The notes beneath the pieces are model-generated. The model was not told the origin of the DNA and ran no database searches. It saw nothing but the letters and a program-made list of their open reading frames with translations. Positions 38,601-64,000 of a stretch of DNA of 64,000 bases are shown here, piece after piece; the stretch's first letter is position 1; every line of letters begins with the position of its first letter. The stretch covers positions 15,624,001 through 15,688,000 of the forward strand of contig CM120641.1 in NCBI GenBank assembly GCA_051362555.1. The letters run 5' to 3'. The position numbers were made by a program, and so were the translations under genes. This DNA comes from Lingula anatina (lineage: Eukaryota; Animalia; Brachiopoda).

Positions 38601-39493
38601 GTTACATCACTTTTGGTTTTGCTGAGATAGCTGATGGCAAAGAAGTCTGCTTTTTATTTGTTGATTTTCAGCTGAAAATCTTTTTAATGTACAAAGGAAG
38701 AATTGGATGTTGTAGCTTGGCCCGTTTAAAAGTAGATGGATTTGGTACAAGGGTGATTCGATGTCTGCTTCTACTTTAATTTTTATTAGGCACACTTTTT
38801 GTTTCCAAAGCTGTCTACAGTCTTAATAAACTCTGAGTGATATGTTAGGTAATCATATAAAACTTTTATAAAAATATAACACCATTACATTACCTATTGT
38901 AAATTAATTTGTGTTTTTTTTTTTGGTTCATTAACAATTCCAGTTGACAGCCGATCGTGTAAATTATTTCAGAAACATATTTCATATGTCATGATCACAA
39001 CTTAAGCTGCATAATGTTCATGCTCAGTACAATACCTCATCCCTTCGCACAGGTTCTGATTCATAATCGTGTTCATTCCCATCCAAAGCCTCCTCTTCAT
39101 CTTCATCATCAACGTCTTGAAGAAGCTCCAAGTCATCCTTGATAAATAAGTTTAATTTTAGCAGTAAGAAAAACACTCCCATTACCAATTATGTTTAAAT
39201 ACTTTTTAAAAAATCACTGTATTAGCATATGTTTAAGGTCTACAGTATAGTTAATATTACATGTAATATTTTCATTGATAATGTCTGCCAGTGACTGGCA
39301 TCGTTGGGCAAGTTGAACTTACTACTTTTAAAAAACCGTAGCTAGCTGGTGATAATATATTAATGAAAATCAATTTAATGATTTTATTTCAAAATACCTT
39401 ATCTCCGCCTAAATCAAGTATATCCTGCAGCTGAAAGCCGTCTTTTTTATCAACAGAGGGTTGCTCCACCGTGCTTCTGCTTTTCTTGCCCAT
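20636..39493 (-). CDS. CEBPZ: CCAAT/enhancer-binding protein zeta (CBF/Mak21/Noc1 ribosome-biogenesis factor), 27 coding exons
   Basis: Exons 5'->3': 39493-39398, 39137-39036, 38441-38392, 38226-37968, 37500-37392, 37237-37049, 30624-30560, 30169-30044, 29819-29774, 29540-29327, 28995-28899, 28582-28498, 28069-27955, 27654-27513, 27321-27241, 27082-27035, 26615-26462, 26260-26118, 25879-25780, 25646-25508, 23408-23314, 23030-22976, 22781-22582, 22365-22266, 22024-21988, 21284-21203, 20805-20636. Motifs [94 protein letters not shown], acidic tract, KQLKWE. Confidence 0.95.
21496..21822 (+). mobile_element. Kolobok/T2-like MITE, diverged copy, TTAA-flanked
   Basis: TTAAAGGCATAACAAC ... GTTGTTATTCCTTTAA; interior similar to 45083-45428 and 57144-57488. 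Confidence 0.7.
23676..25476 (-). mobile_element. Full-length HINE/DINE-1-like non-autonomous Helentron in a CEBPZ intron
   Basis: On the minus strand: 5' hairpin ATGTACAGACAC-AGAT-GTGTCTGTACAT (25473-25446), GCCGAT repeats, tandem core repeats and 3' end GTCTGTACAT-TTGACAGCTTTGCTGCC-TTGTTT (subterminal repeat plus short stem-loop). Confidence 0.8.
30803..32320 (+). CDS. gag: Gag (capsid-like region plus CCHC zinc knuckle)
   Basis: Likely start ACCATG at 30803; [27 protein letters not shown] capsid-like motifs; [14 protein letters not shown] knuckle. Confidence 0.85.
   Translation: MYNVTPKDMEPLCSNEIDNSGEETRITRMENEIRHLNSKFEGLCENVYKMTEGLQKFQTEFISYMRRDNPSLLENSASPLTHAQQGHIEINDPHDGDAPPGSDTSTESSTHGLAERISSNADFVPVPGQPVVSDPTVPAYRYGRQNSDPRGPHRQFREDVPTFTPTQRSQPVDTPLYTDENRQPPPTGRSFPIYNESHITCPQPPTRFQSYDGSTNFYSYYVKLCCVAESKGWGVKEIYEIMINSLEGKALDEFVKLPPNERMHLYSVVDTLMKCFGKTENSSLARTELAAIKQKENESYEEFGSRVRILAMSAYRGTGLFNQMATESFLRGCSDKDLVEKVMCMRPRTLEEAVENARTCGANMQILGLRNENCSKQLRKVTFKEPQSPCTDHIERQNPPNVSRVQFSPRSASPNRRKSFQSNDVEQRLQNIESSLLELIQLFRQSVNQTQKGNDTQFSTPPRGITRCYNCHEMGHISTNCPQKNSDSLNRNRSPVRSNNRPQLQ
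32263..36207 (+). CDS. pol: Pol polyprotein (protease, RT, RNase H, integrase), -1 frame relative to gag
   Basis: [10 protein letters not shown] protease; [28 protein letters not shown]; LDTDAS..KKELLA..RTDH RNase H; H..H..C..C, IDILGP, HSDMG, NGAVER integrase; WLGPF. The frame is open from 32263, upstream of the first Met at 32359. Confidence 0.95.
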   Translation, partial: FVKPQQVACAVQQSTSAAVGPNLIPHTVYCNGMDKGESLVVPIHVNGIKTNAVIDTAAQVTIVSDKLLSEITGEITYGGYHDIKGIPQINLRAREIKGLKLAIGSEVYEWTVLAAPIPDNVLLGLDFLKMFQCNICLENNFISLARPDPSNRRRNKVHASIRKGSDNYLVANRVILSKKVAVPPHSEKFVQVPFVAERNKTFLLNAPKYDQKGLSVPYGLISTDYTDDCLSCSLTLRNETDKSITLKAGHVMGDLEEIERVLGYPEIIDSSNVHQSFSVLKVDVNSNDVKNNIPEHVIDLWKRSSEDLSDEQSLKLGNLLTKYADVFSKSEFDIGHFTKIKHRIDTNEAKPIKQRLRRTPLGFEQEEKATLDKLLAADIVQPSCSEWSSPPVLVRKKDGTLRYCIDFRALNKVTVKDVYPLPQIDECLDVLAGTRYFSTLDMNCAYYQVEVEESSRPKTAFMTKYGLFEFKRLPFGLTNSPATFMRAVNSVLHGLTWRQVLAYLDDVVVLGNNFDDSIANIALVLDRFKENGLKLKPSKCSLLKRSVLYLGKLVDENGIAPNPDSIKAVQRWPRPKCKKDVERFLGLVNYHRSHIKCFAAMSGVLYDLTKNKSVFNWTNEHEVAFNDLKQALVHSPVLSFPDSDGLFILDTDASDTCIGAELIQVQNDAEKVISYGSFALTPSQRRYCTTKKELLAVVRFTRQYRHYLLGRKFVIRTDHCSLTWIMRFKLLNGVLARWMEELAQYDFEIQHRSGKNHSNADSLSRIPLQHQDCNYYEAGCDVTELPCGGCHHCTRLHEEWDRFNKDDDYRGPLSLRSVKTVTPVVDPPKENTGNVELFAKYTASQLREAQLKDPHLLKVIGWIEENVSPSQEELQLCSTAVKFLWTNFNLLSMKDGVLYYSRFDKGSFNPLLVLPKEFQQEALSLCHDPVISGHQGIARTLSKLRQSVFWYGMTTDCKLYVNSCVACEKNKKANRKFRAELQNFHAGAPLERVHIDILGPLTPSKSGNKYILVVVCQFTKWVEAYPLADQTADTVSKTLVNNFIARFGCPTIIHSDMGANFTSELFSNVCSLLSINKTQTSPYRPSSNGAVERQNRTIMQCIRCYLEGQDSNWDEHLSLITSAIRAVPNRQTGLTPNMLMFGRETRQPIDFTFGLKSIKGDVEPNSYVMQLKEKLESVHELARKCLGENLKTQKAYYDANARQTQYCKGDLVYRYNNMSKPGRSKKLQPVWLGPFKIIEVLSPILYKIKTKRKVVVVHHDHLKPCKGRGVLKPSKAKCVTPPNVGDDQPQGDRTVKDAVVTRSGRTVIPPIRYC
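36933..37045 (+). repeat. Short (~110 bp) 3' LTR
   Basis: Starts TGTAG right after the PPT GGGGAGGAA; contains hairpin CCAGGTGTC-GCAT-GACACCTGG and AATAAA; ends in CA at 37042 or 37045. Confidence 0.7.
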
Positions 39494-39819
39494 GCTTTAT
39501 TAAACTAGGTCACCCGTCAGGTCAAGGTTAGGGTGAAATAAAATCAAGATTCAGCCACTTACATGCAAAAATTTTCTACGTACAAAATAAATAAAAAAAT
39601 GTTTTCTTTAAAATACTTACCAAAGAAACATATCTCTTATCATCACATAAATGTATTCTGTCACACCTTTCATTATTTTCGAACAGATTGACAATTTTGG
39701 TCTCAAATTACGCGCATGCCCATCCTCAAGGTCAAAACAACTTTGCAGGGAAGTTGTCGAACTCAGCTGGGCAGTAGAAGGGGTACTGCTCAGAATTTAA
39801 GAGCTGCCAAGCGTTCACA
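39494..39819. promoter_or_regulatory. Bidirectional promoter region shared by CEBPZ and glycogen phosphorylase
   Basis: Start codons are 326 bp apart and divergent; NRF1-like CGCGCATGC (39711-39719), TCAAGGTCA (39726-39734) and further AGGTCA half-sites (39508-39524). Confidence 0.7.
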
Positions 39820-55764
<15,945 letters not shown>

Positions 55765-57143
55765 GCACAAGTATTTCAAATAGAAAAAGCTTTGTACCAA
55801 GACAGACTCTTTGTTATATGAACAAATTGGCAAAAAATCCCAATTTAGGCCAATGGGGTACTGTTTTGATGTTGTTTTGTTGGGTTGTTGTGACCAATTT
55901 GATACGTTTCAACATTGATGTTTGTTCCGGGTGAGCGAGAATACTAGCTGCACAGTTATGTAACTGCATTTCGTATTATTTAGTCTAAATGAATTCCAGT
56001 CTAGACAAATTCGGTAGCTATTGATTCATTGCATCAAATACTTTACTAAAGAAATAATGTTGTTTTTATTTGCAAAGGAATTTCATATCAACTGTCTTTT
56101 TCTGGAGCAAGGTTAAAGTTCTGTATTGTGGAGTCTTGATAGTCATGTGAGGTATTAAGATCAAGGTACAAAGCTATAGTTTTCATCTGATACTTGAAAC
56201 CGTTTTTTCAGTCTGGATAGATACATATAAAACTTGTGGATGAAAATAAGCTGAATCTTGTGCCTAGAAACTGGCATTTGTACATACCAATTGATTGCAG
56301 ATCATTTTTTGAAGATGGAGAAAAATATCAGATGGACAAGATACAAAGCAGCTATGCCAATACCTATAAAAGAAAGATATAGCTATAAACCTAACTGCCT
56401 CTACTTTTTTTAAACTAAGGTCAGAAATTTATTAATTTCACCAATTTTACTACTTAACAGTTTAGCACTGGCATGAAAACCGTGTCCAATTGACTTTTTT
56501 ATTTGTTGACTTTATGTCACTGCAAGAGATTTTGTTTTGCTTTTGCAGGCCATAGTTTGCATGTTACGAGGCTTGTCCTGTGAAGATTACACACAGTGTT
56601 AGGAACCAATGTTTTCTATGTTTAGGAATGTCCTTTTATGGTATTATATGCCCAACTTAAACTGCCTTGTTATAAGTAAAAAGGAAGGCTTTCTAGGGAA
56701 ATGTTTACCTTCCAAACCTCTTATTATAGATTTAAAGGAAGCTAGCCAGCATAGTAATGGCAGACATGCTGCATGTGGTCATAACAAAGTGATATCATCA
56801 AAAACACCCTTCTTTTAGAAATCTGTAAGTATAAATGGTGAATATAGACATTTTCATTACCTTTATGAAAATTATATGTCAGGTTGTTTCTTCACGTTTA
56901 GCTGTTAAAGGAGAGTTTCCATACTGTTTGCTTGAATGGATGACAGGAATAAAATTCCTCTGCAAAACATTTTTTCTTTTTTTGTCAATTATACCAAATG
57001 AAGCCCAATTCTTTTTTATGACTTTTTTATGATAGACGCGAGGTTTTAGGACATAAAGATACTACTTTAGTGCCTCATTGCCATAATTCTGTACTATTCA
57101 AGTATTGCATAAATTTTTTTAAAGAATTTTTTCCTACAATTTC

Positions 57144-57488
57144 TTAAAGGGATAATAACTCTTCGTATGAGACCTATATTTCACGATAAAAACCTTGTGA
57201 ATAACTCATAGAAATATAATATATTCTGTTTTACCACAAAAACAGCAGTTATAGCTTTTATTCTGATATTTGAACTTGTCTTTAGACCACGTGACCTCCA
57301 TTGATGTCTATACTCTGTTAAAATCTCTTAAGAGATTTTAACAAAAAAACAAACTTTTTAGAAAAAAACCAGGGACTAACTTTGAATGTAAAAATGGATT
57401 CAATAACCATTGGTAAGTATGGAAAAATTGTTGTTTACTCCAGGAAAATTCATTTTTTGGCCGAAACGAAGAGTTATTATTGCTTTAA
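57144..57488 (+). mobile_element. Kolobok/T2-like MITE, second near-identical copy
   Basis: TTAA-AGGGATAATAACTCTTCGT ... ACGAAGAGTTATTATTGCT-TTAA; highly similar to 45083-45428. Confidence 0.85.
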
Positions 57489-57936
57489 CAAAGGCCATTA
57501 AAGGTTAAAAATGTTACTTGTTCATATCAAATGTCCTGGAAAGTTGGGGCTGGGTGTCAAGACCGAACTTTAGATATGATATCGCTGTATCGTGTTGACT
57601 CTATCATGTTGTCAGTACAAAAGGTTGTCTGTCCATGTCAGCTTCATTCAGCTCATTTAACTAGCGTCAGTTTTTTCCTGAACTGATGGTTCACACATTA
57701 CTGTACTTAGTAGAATCTGTAAAAATCAGTCTGTGACATCTGTTTAACATTATGTATAATCAGTTCAAGTTCATTTATTCAGTCTTTATAAAGTTTAGTC
57801 TTACAAAACAGTTGCAACTTCATTTGCATGTATCTAACATTTTAAACACTTCGCTTTTATTGTGTTATAGAAATGTGCCAAGTTCCAAGCATGTCTGTAT
57901 GATAAGTTCCCCGCATTCAAAAAATGTATAATTGAA

Positions 57937-60523
57937 TTACATGGGTTTTAATATTTTCTCTCCATGATCAGTGAAAGTTCTGCCTTCCCACTGAAGCTTC
58001 CTCTGTACTGCTGATGTCTTCTGGTTACGTGTTTTATACAAGTAAAGTAATTCTGATTTATGAGTCCTGTACTTCCAGAAAAAAGGTAGACCAAAGCGTT
58101 TATAGCGCCTCTTCATTCCATATAACTGCGTGTCATAGTCGAAAACATCCAGGTTTGAGATGGGCTTGATCTTCACCCCTGTGATGTAAGAGCTCAGGTT
58201 TTCTGGATCAGGTGGACTTGGAGAGGCCTTCAAGATGCAGAGGTTGTCCCTGTCAGGGCGTATCTCGACCACATTCAGCCCAAAATGGTCTGCTATTTGC
58301 TGATGAGTTTTCTGCAAAGTTAGAATCCAATATAATGATGAACAACTAAATCACAAAGCATTTAGTACATATACCAGTCGGTTATGTTGCATCTCTGGGT
58401 ATAAAAAATAAGTGTTGACTATCTGAGGAAAAGATAATGTTCAAAACACAACTCACCTGTCTGTCAAGTGCCTTGAAGAATGCTTTAGTCAAATTCCTGT
58501 AATTTTTTACCTGTCCCTCTGATTTGGCATACAAATCCCTGAAGCCAGCCAATTTTGCAATGTCTTTAAGAAGCCTGTGGCATACCAACCCATAGCCTGG
58601 AAAATGTTTTTGATAATAATAATTACTACCTTTTGATTTGCTTCACTGTAAGGTATTTGCTATAATGTGACATCATACAAACAGAAAGTTGCCAATTTAC
58701 TAATATATTATTAATAACAAGTCAGCGTAAATTGATATTTAATATACATGGACATTTTGCAGTGAAAACTGTGACAAAATAAATTTAATACAGGGCTATT
58801 CAATTTTTGGACCCATCCCAAAACTTGTACTTTAAAGGCAGGGCCAAAATTCTTGAAAAACAAACTGAAACAAGTACTTTGATCCAACTTTGTCATTTTT
58901 TAATGAATTATTAAAAATAACTTTAAAAAAGCCTGCCAATAATAAGTTACACAGTTTTTTTTTCTTTTCTTGTGTTTATAATGAAATTGCACAAAATAGA
59001 GTTTTGGTCTTCTTTGATGCAAAAAGTTCATAATTGTTAACACTATTACCACCAACTTATAATTAATATGTACTACTGTTACTGTGGACATTCAGATTAT
59101 GTAACTACATAGTAGTGTTTCAGACCCATGCGAGTTCAGTCACGCCATGGAAATGTCAATGTGTAAAAATGACAAAATCCAGGGGAAAAAATAATAACTT
59201 TCATAAAAATATTCCAATGAGACTAGCTGCATTTTATTCCTAATAATCAATTCTTGTAAACATGGCAATAATTTGTAATAAGATTGTCCTTTTAACTGGG
59301 GTATTATCTAGGAAAGCACAAAATGACAGATAATGTCTACATGTCCAAACATTGTCCGTCCATAAAAATACTATTACATGAAGTTTGCCTCATTCTCACT
59401 GGCAACCACAGTACTCACACATCAAAAAGAACGTTTACTGACCTAATTATCCCTCACTTCCCAATGGCAATCATATATGTTGAATACATGGGGAAAGAGA
59501 ATCTCATTTGGAACTTATTTGCTCACCTTTTGGTCTCCTTTCTATAAACACCCTGGACTTGTGGAAAGTTGCCACCAGATCATGGTAGACTATAAAAAAT
59601 GTTTTGAATTACATTAAAAATCATTCAACTCCAATAATTGACAGTATTTATAAGACAGCTTATCACAGCTTTCATAAAATTTTAGAATTGTATTTTTCTG
59701 AGCAAATAAACTAGCTTATAATGATTTATCTGAAAATGTAAACTAGACAGCAAAGCTGACAAATATACAGACACCATACAGGTTACAAGGCAGCAAAGCT
59801 GTGAACTATTCAGACATTACACAGAAAAAAGTGCAGAAAATAATGTTTTGGCTGATTTCTATGCACTGCTGCATAATGCTTTAAAACAGCATAATCACTC
59901 TTACCCCTCTTACATTATGTACTACAGGTAACGTGGACATTGAAAAACTAGCAGCAAGTGATTAAAATAAAACAAAAATACAGTATGGTAGTGATAGGGC
60001 AAACATCATGTGTCAGACAGCAACGGCACCGATGCTGACTGACAGACCAATAAGAAAATATATACACTCTCACTTATAATGCAGAAGTGTCACACTACAA
60101 TCAATTTGCTGACAGACAGACCAATAGGAAAATATACAGACACTGTAAGTGTCTGTATATAAAGATATACACTCTCACTTGTAATGCAGAAGTGTCACAC
60201 TACAATATGTATTCTTTTCATTTTTATAACCATCTATATTCATTTGTTATTACTTTTTATTTAATATTTATTATTTAATATTTATTTATTCATTGTTTGT
60301 TTGTTTGGTATTCTTTACAGACACACAGAAAGCAAATCAAAAACTTTAACAGTACAGAATTTACAGAACATTACAAGCCTTTGTACAAGTGGGAATCATA
60401 TACACTTTACCAACTTGTGGACTGGTTTATGTATTACTGATAGCACAATGCATCTACCTGTATGGTTTTCAAGTCTCTCAAAGTACCAAAGTGTTCTTCC
60501 AGCTTTATCCCTGGCCTAAATGA

Positions 60524-60556
<33 letters not shown>

Positions 60557-61298
60557 AGTACATCAGACATTAAATAGTGTTTGGTGTAAGCTATGTAGAG
60601 ATAAGATAACCTGGCATAATAAATGCACACTGATTGTAGACAGTTATTCTATCAGACCATTCAGATATCTAAATAACTAAATGAATATACTATAAAAACT
60701 CATATGTCCCTCTAAATATCTAATCTATATTATATGCACCATACTCTATGTCTATTCTGATATCAAACAGTTAAAGATACATGTAAAATGAGCATAGATT
60801 CAGTATCAATTCATGTCACTACAACCAGTTTCTCAAGCAACTCAATTAAAGACTACATGCTAAAGGAATACTGCATCTACTTCAAGCTTTAAAACTACAT
60901 CTACTTCAAGTTTATGGTCGTTAACTTGGCCTACTCATTCAAGTCCCCCATATGACGTAATAACTTATGTAATAGCAGTCATTTGAATGAGAGTTGGTGA
61001 AAATGACTAAAGGATTATAAATAGCACAGAAAGTAAACAGAAGATATCTGTTCAACTATCATTTTTCAGAAATAAACAAAACCCTGTGGTAAATCTTTAA
61101 ATCATATCATTTGAATGTATATTGTAGCACTTGTCAGGTTTAATGGTATTAATTTGGCATGCTTTGTATGCATCTTGCAGATTAAGTTTCTAACTATAAT
61201 AGTATTCATAAAGCACAATTGATTTGACTAAGAATCATGTAGTACCACCAACCTTTATTGCTGCCTTATAAGGAGTTTCCCCCTTGCCAAGCCCATAG

Positions 61299-61348
<50 letters not shown>

Positions 61349-63338
61349 TAGATTTAAATAGCCTTTGTTTAAATAATTATGCATTGCTTGGGATTAGATG
61401 AAAACTGGTTGCTCACTAGTGAGTTTTATCTTACCATTTTTATAAAGCATGATCACACATCAGACTCAGTTATCAATTATGTCATCTTCATTTCAAAACC
61501 TTTACTTAAGATAAAAGGTGATATTTGACAATATTCAAACCATGAATGATGAAATCATTAAAACAAGTTTCATGTATGACACCTGTTAATTGCATACTAT
61601 CACCCAAGATTTTTAGTTTGGTTTCCTTTCACAGAGAGCACAATTATACAGTTCAGTATTTTAAAAACCAACCAGGATAGACATGATTAACAAGGTCAAT
61701 TTAACCTCATGAAATTAGTTTGCCTTATTGAAATGGACCCAATAATATTTCAAACTTATTTTCTCCTCATCATTTTCCTGAGCTTAAACTGATGTAAGGA
61801 TTGAAGTGAAAGTTTGATTGACTGTCAAAGTGTGGGGAAATTCTTGTCAAAACTGCGTCCGGTAATAGAACTCAAGGTTTGGCAACAAAAATACAGATCT
61901 GGCTGAAATAACAAAAATTTGGCAGAGGCAATTTGAGTACAACAAAAATATATATCATGGTGAGCCTAGACACTAAACATAGTCAAATTTACTTATCATG
62001 ACAAACTGCCCTTTTTACCTGCAACTCCATTCCTGTTGCCTGTCACTACAAAACAGGAGTATGTCATCTTTCTCCCCATTGTGCCCGTCATGGTGGCAGT
62101 CATCTTAAACTGCAAATACATAAGATAAGCTTTTTATGCCTAATCATACAAAACAGAGCAACAGCAACCATAGTTAACTGTACAAGATATAGAACAGTTA
62201 ATACAATATTGAATATATACTGTGATGTGCAAATCCAAATGTAAGAATAAAATAAACAACTCAAAAGTTGGGACCCAAGTGTGTAAGTAAGCAGTAACTT
62301 AAAGTAGCAGGTCACAGATGGTACTGCATTCATTAATTAGGTAGTACACTTTTCTTAAATGGTAATTTTGACAAGAGGTACATGTTAACCTACCAACCTC
62401 TATAATCCTTGTATCGAAACCTTCAAAAGGCACTGAAAAGACCAAAAATTAATTATATTTCAGAACCACACTCACTATGTCACGTGTAGTTCGATATTAT
62501 ACAACAGACATGCTGAAACTGTCGGTCCGATCGGTCATGACCGGGAAAATTTGTCTGGACCAGTAAAAAATTGGACTTAGTCGGTCCAAAAGACAGACAA
62601 TAGTTTCAGGAGCAGCAATTTTGAATTTACAGTTATCATTTGACATACTTCACTAATAAAATTATATAAAACCCAAAGTGTTTTTCCCTTCCATTTCTAA
62701 CCTATCACATTCACAAACAAAGTAAGCTATCCTAATCATACTGGTATTATCTGTCTCAAACGTAAAGGGTGATTTTTGCACCGACAAAATCCATTTGGTC
62801 CGGCAAATTTTTCATTACTGCCGGTCCAAATGTCCGGCCATTCTGAAATGTTTTCAGTATGTCTGATACAATAAAGGGTGTCTACCTACTTCACTTGCTT
62901 ATTAACGATTTGAGCTGTATGTCAATCCTAAGAATCGCACAAAATAGGGAATCTTGTCAATTTTGAAGCAATATTACATAATGATCAACTGTGTATGGTT
63001 TTCCACTTACACATCTGTGTCTGTACATAAAAAAATAACATAAACATTCTGTATACCTCCATCTTTTCCTAATGGAGGTCCTATCGTACGTCCCAGGATA
63101 CGTGAGCCTACCCAACCTCTTTCTAAAGGGGATAATTTTCCCATGTTTCTCTTATGACCTGTTGCCCTTGTTGAAGTTGGTGTTGTTACAGGTTTAGCTT
63201 TTTGGGGAACTTGCCTTCCCGCTCTGCTGTTATCTTTTCTTTTATCTGCACTCTTCAGGGCCCCCACCAGATGTTTGTTTTTCATGATACCTAGAACAAA
63301 AATAACATTACAAATATAAAATGAAATTTGCTTACACA

Positions 63339-63369
<31 letters not shown>

Positions 63370-63720
63370 CTTTTTCAATCAATTGCCTTGTACACAAAAT
63401 AGTTATCTTAGACAAGGCTTTTCTACAGGGTATACTAACTGGTCTGCAAGAAAATTGCTTATTTAATACCTTTAATTCCCTTCGACTTTGCTTATATATA
63501 ATAATTATTGTAATAATATATAATAATTCCCTCTATTTTTAACAACCTATTAAGAAATCACCATGAATAGTTTACCCAAGCTGACAAATATTTATACCTA
63601 AACTTAACAATGGCCTTTTTGGTCTTGTAACTCCTTGAGCACCCTGGCCTCCCTGTCTCCCTTTTTTCCGTCCGGATGCACTAACAGATGTCATGGAATC
63701 CCACAGTTCTGCATTATTTC
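57937..63720 (-). CDS. MRPS5: Mitochondrial ribosomal protein S5 (uS5m), 5'-partial, 9 coding exons in window
   Basis: Exons 63720-63598, 63290-63057, 62432-62398, 62109-62019, 61299-61250, 60515-60458, 59589-59527, 58596-58457, 58312-57937: AELW..SASGRKKGR, LERGW.G..GPP, FDTRIIE|FKMTATMT..VVTGNRNGVAGYGLGK, FERLENHTVYHD, PKGYGLVCHR..GFRDLYAK, QKTHQQIADHFGLNVVE. Confidence 0.9.
59741..60163 (-). mobile_element. Related short HINE-like element (ATATACAGACAC variant)
   Basis: 5' hairpin ATATACAGACAC-N5-GTGTCTGTATAT (60132-60160), GTCT repeats, and two 3'-end motifs CAGCTTTGCTG at 59747-59803. Confidence 0.6.
61303..61346. repeat. (AAT)n microsatellite abutting an MRPS5 splice acceptor
   Basis: About 14 AAT units; reads (TTA)n-TTCAG on the MRPS5 strand. 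Confidence 0.9.
62505..62865. mobile_element. MITE with CAGACAT(G/A)CTGAAA terminal inverted repeats
   Basis: CAGACATGCTGAAAC ... GTTTTCAGTATGTCTG, several CGGTCC subterminal motifs, ATACAA direct repeat on both flanks. Confidence 0.7.
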
Positions 63721-63930
63721 CTGAAAAATGGAATATGTTTTGTATTACAATATCTTGCCAGTGGTGTGTATGTCCTACAAACACCAGCACAGGACTTAGA
63801 ATGTTCACAGACGATTGTCACATGGTTGACCATAATCTTTCACAATTGAGCCCTTCCTCCTCACAAAAAGATAAGAAAAATTGATTAAAGAGAAATTGTG
63901 TCTTCAGTAAAAAAATATGTGAAAATAACT

Positions 63931-64000
63931 TTAAAGTCATAATAACTCTTCATTTTGGCCAAAAATTGGATTTTCCTGGAGTAAACGGCAATTTTCCCGT
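63931..64000 (-). mobile_element. Kolobok/T2-like MITE end, cut by the window edge
   Basis: TTAAAGTCATAATAACTCTTC..TTTTCCTGGAGTAAAC is the reverse complement of the family's right end. Confidence 0.65.

Overview
AT-rich, intron-rich animal genomic DNA (probably a lophotrochozoan such as a mollusc; the taxon is inferred, not proven). Six host genes could be reconstructed exon by exon from GT/GC-AG boundaries and translation: the 3' half of PRPF39 (+), ATP5S/DMAC2L (+, with a 7.7 kb intron holding a decayed P-element-type transposon), a single-coding-exon LRR transmembrane receptor (-), CEBPZ (-, 27 coding exons), glycogen phosphorylase (+, head-to-head with CEBPZ) and the 3' part of MRPS5 (-). 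Mobile DNA includes an ORF-intact Ty3/Gypsy element with only one LTR, Helentron-associated (HINE/DINE-1-like) elements, TTAA-flanked Kolobok/T2-like MITEs, other MITEs and an RTE LINE fragment. Main findings: (1) glycogen phosphorylase has two tandem, frame-symmetric copies of the exon encoding the purine-inhibitor residue 285 and the AMP/adenine loop, with 10 synonymous and 0 non-synonymous differences in the shared core, pointing to splice-switched allosteric isoforms; (2) the Gypsy element appears to have inserted into, and duplicated, a CEBPZ 5' splice site (GTATGT); (3) it carries a readable -1 frameshift signal; (4) the LRR receptor tail has a canonical ITAM-like motif instead of a TIR domain; (5) two GC-AG introns. 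All calls were made by eye; no database searches were run.
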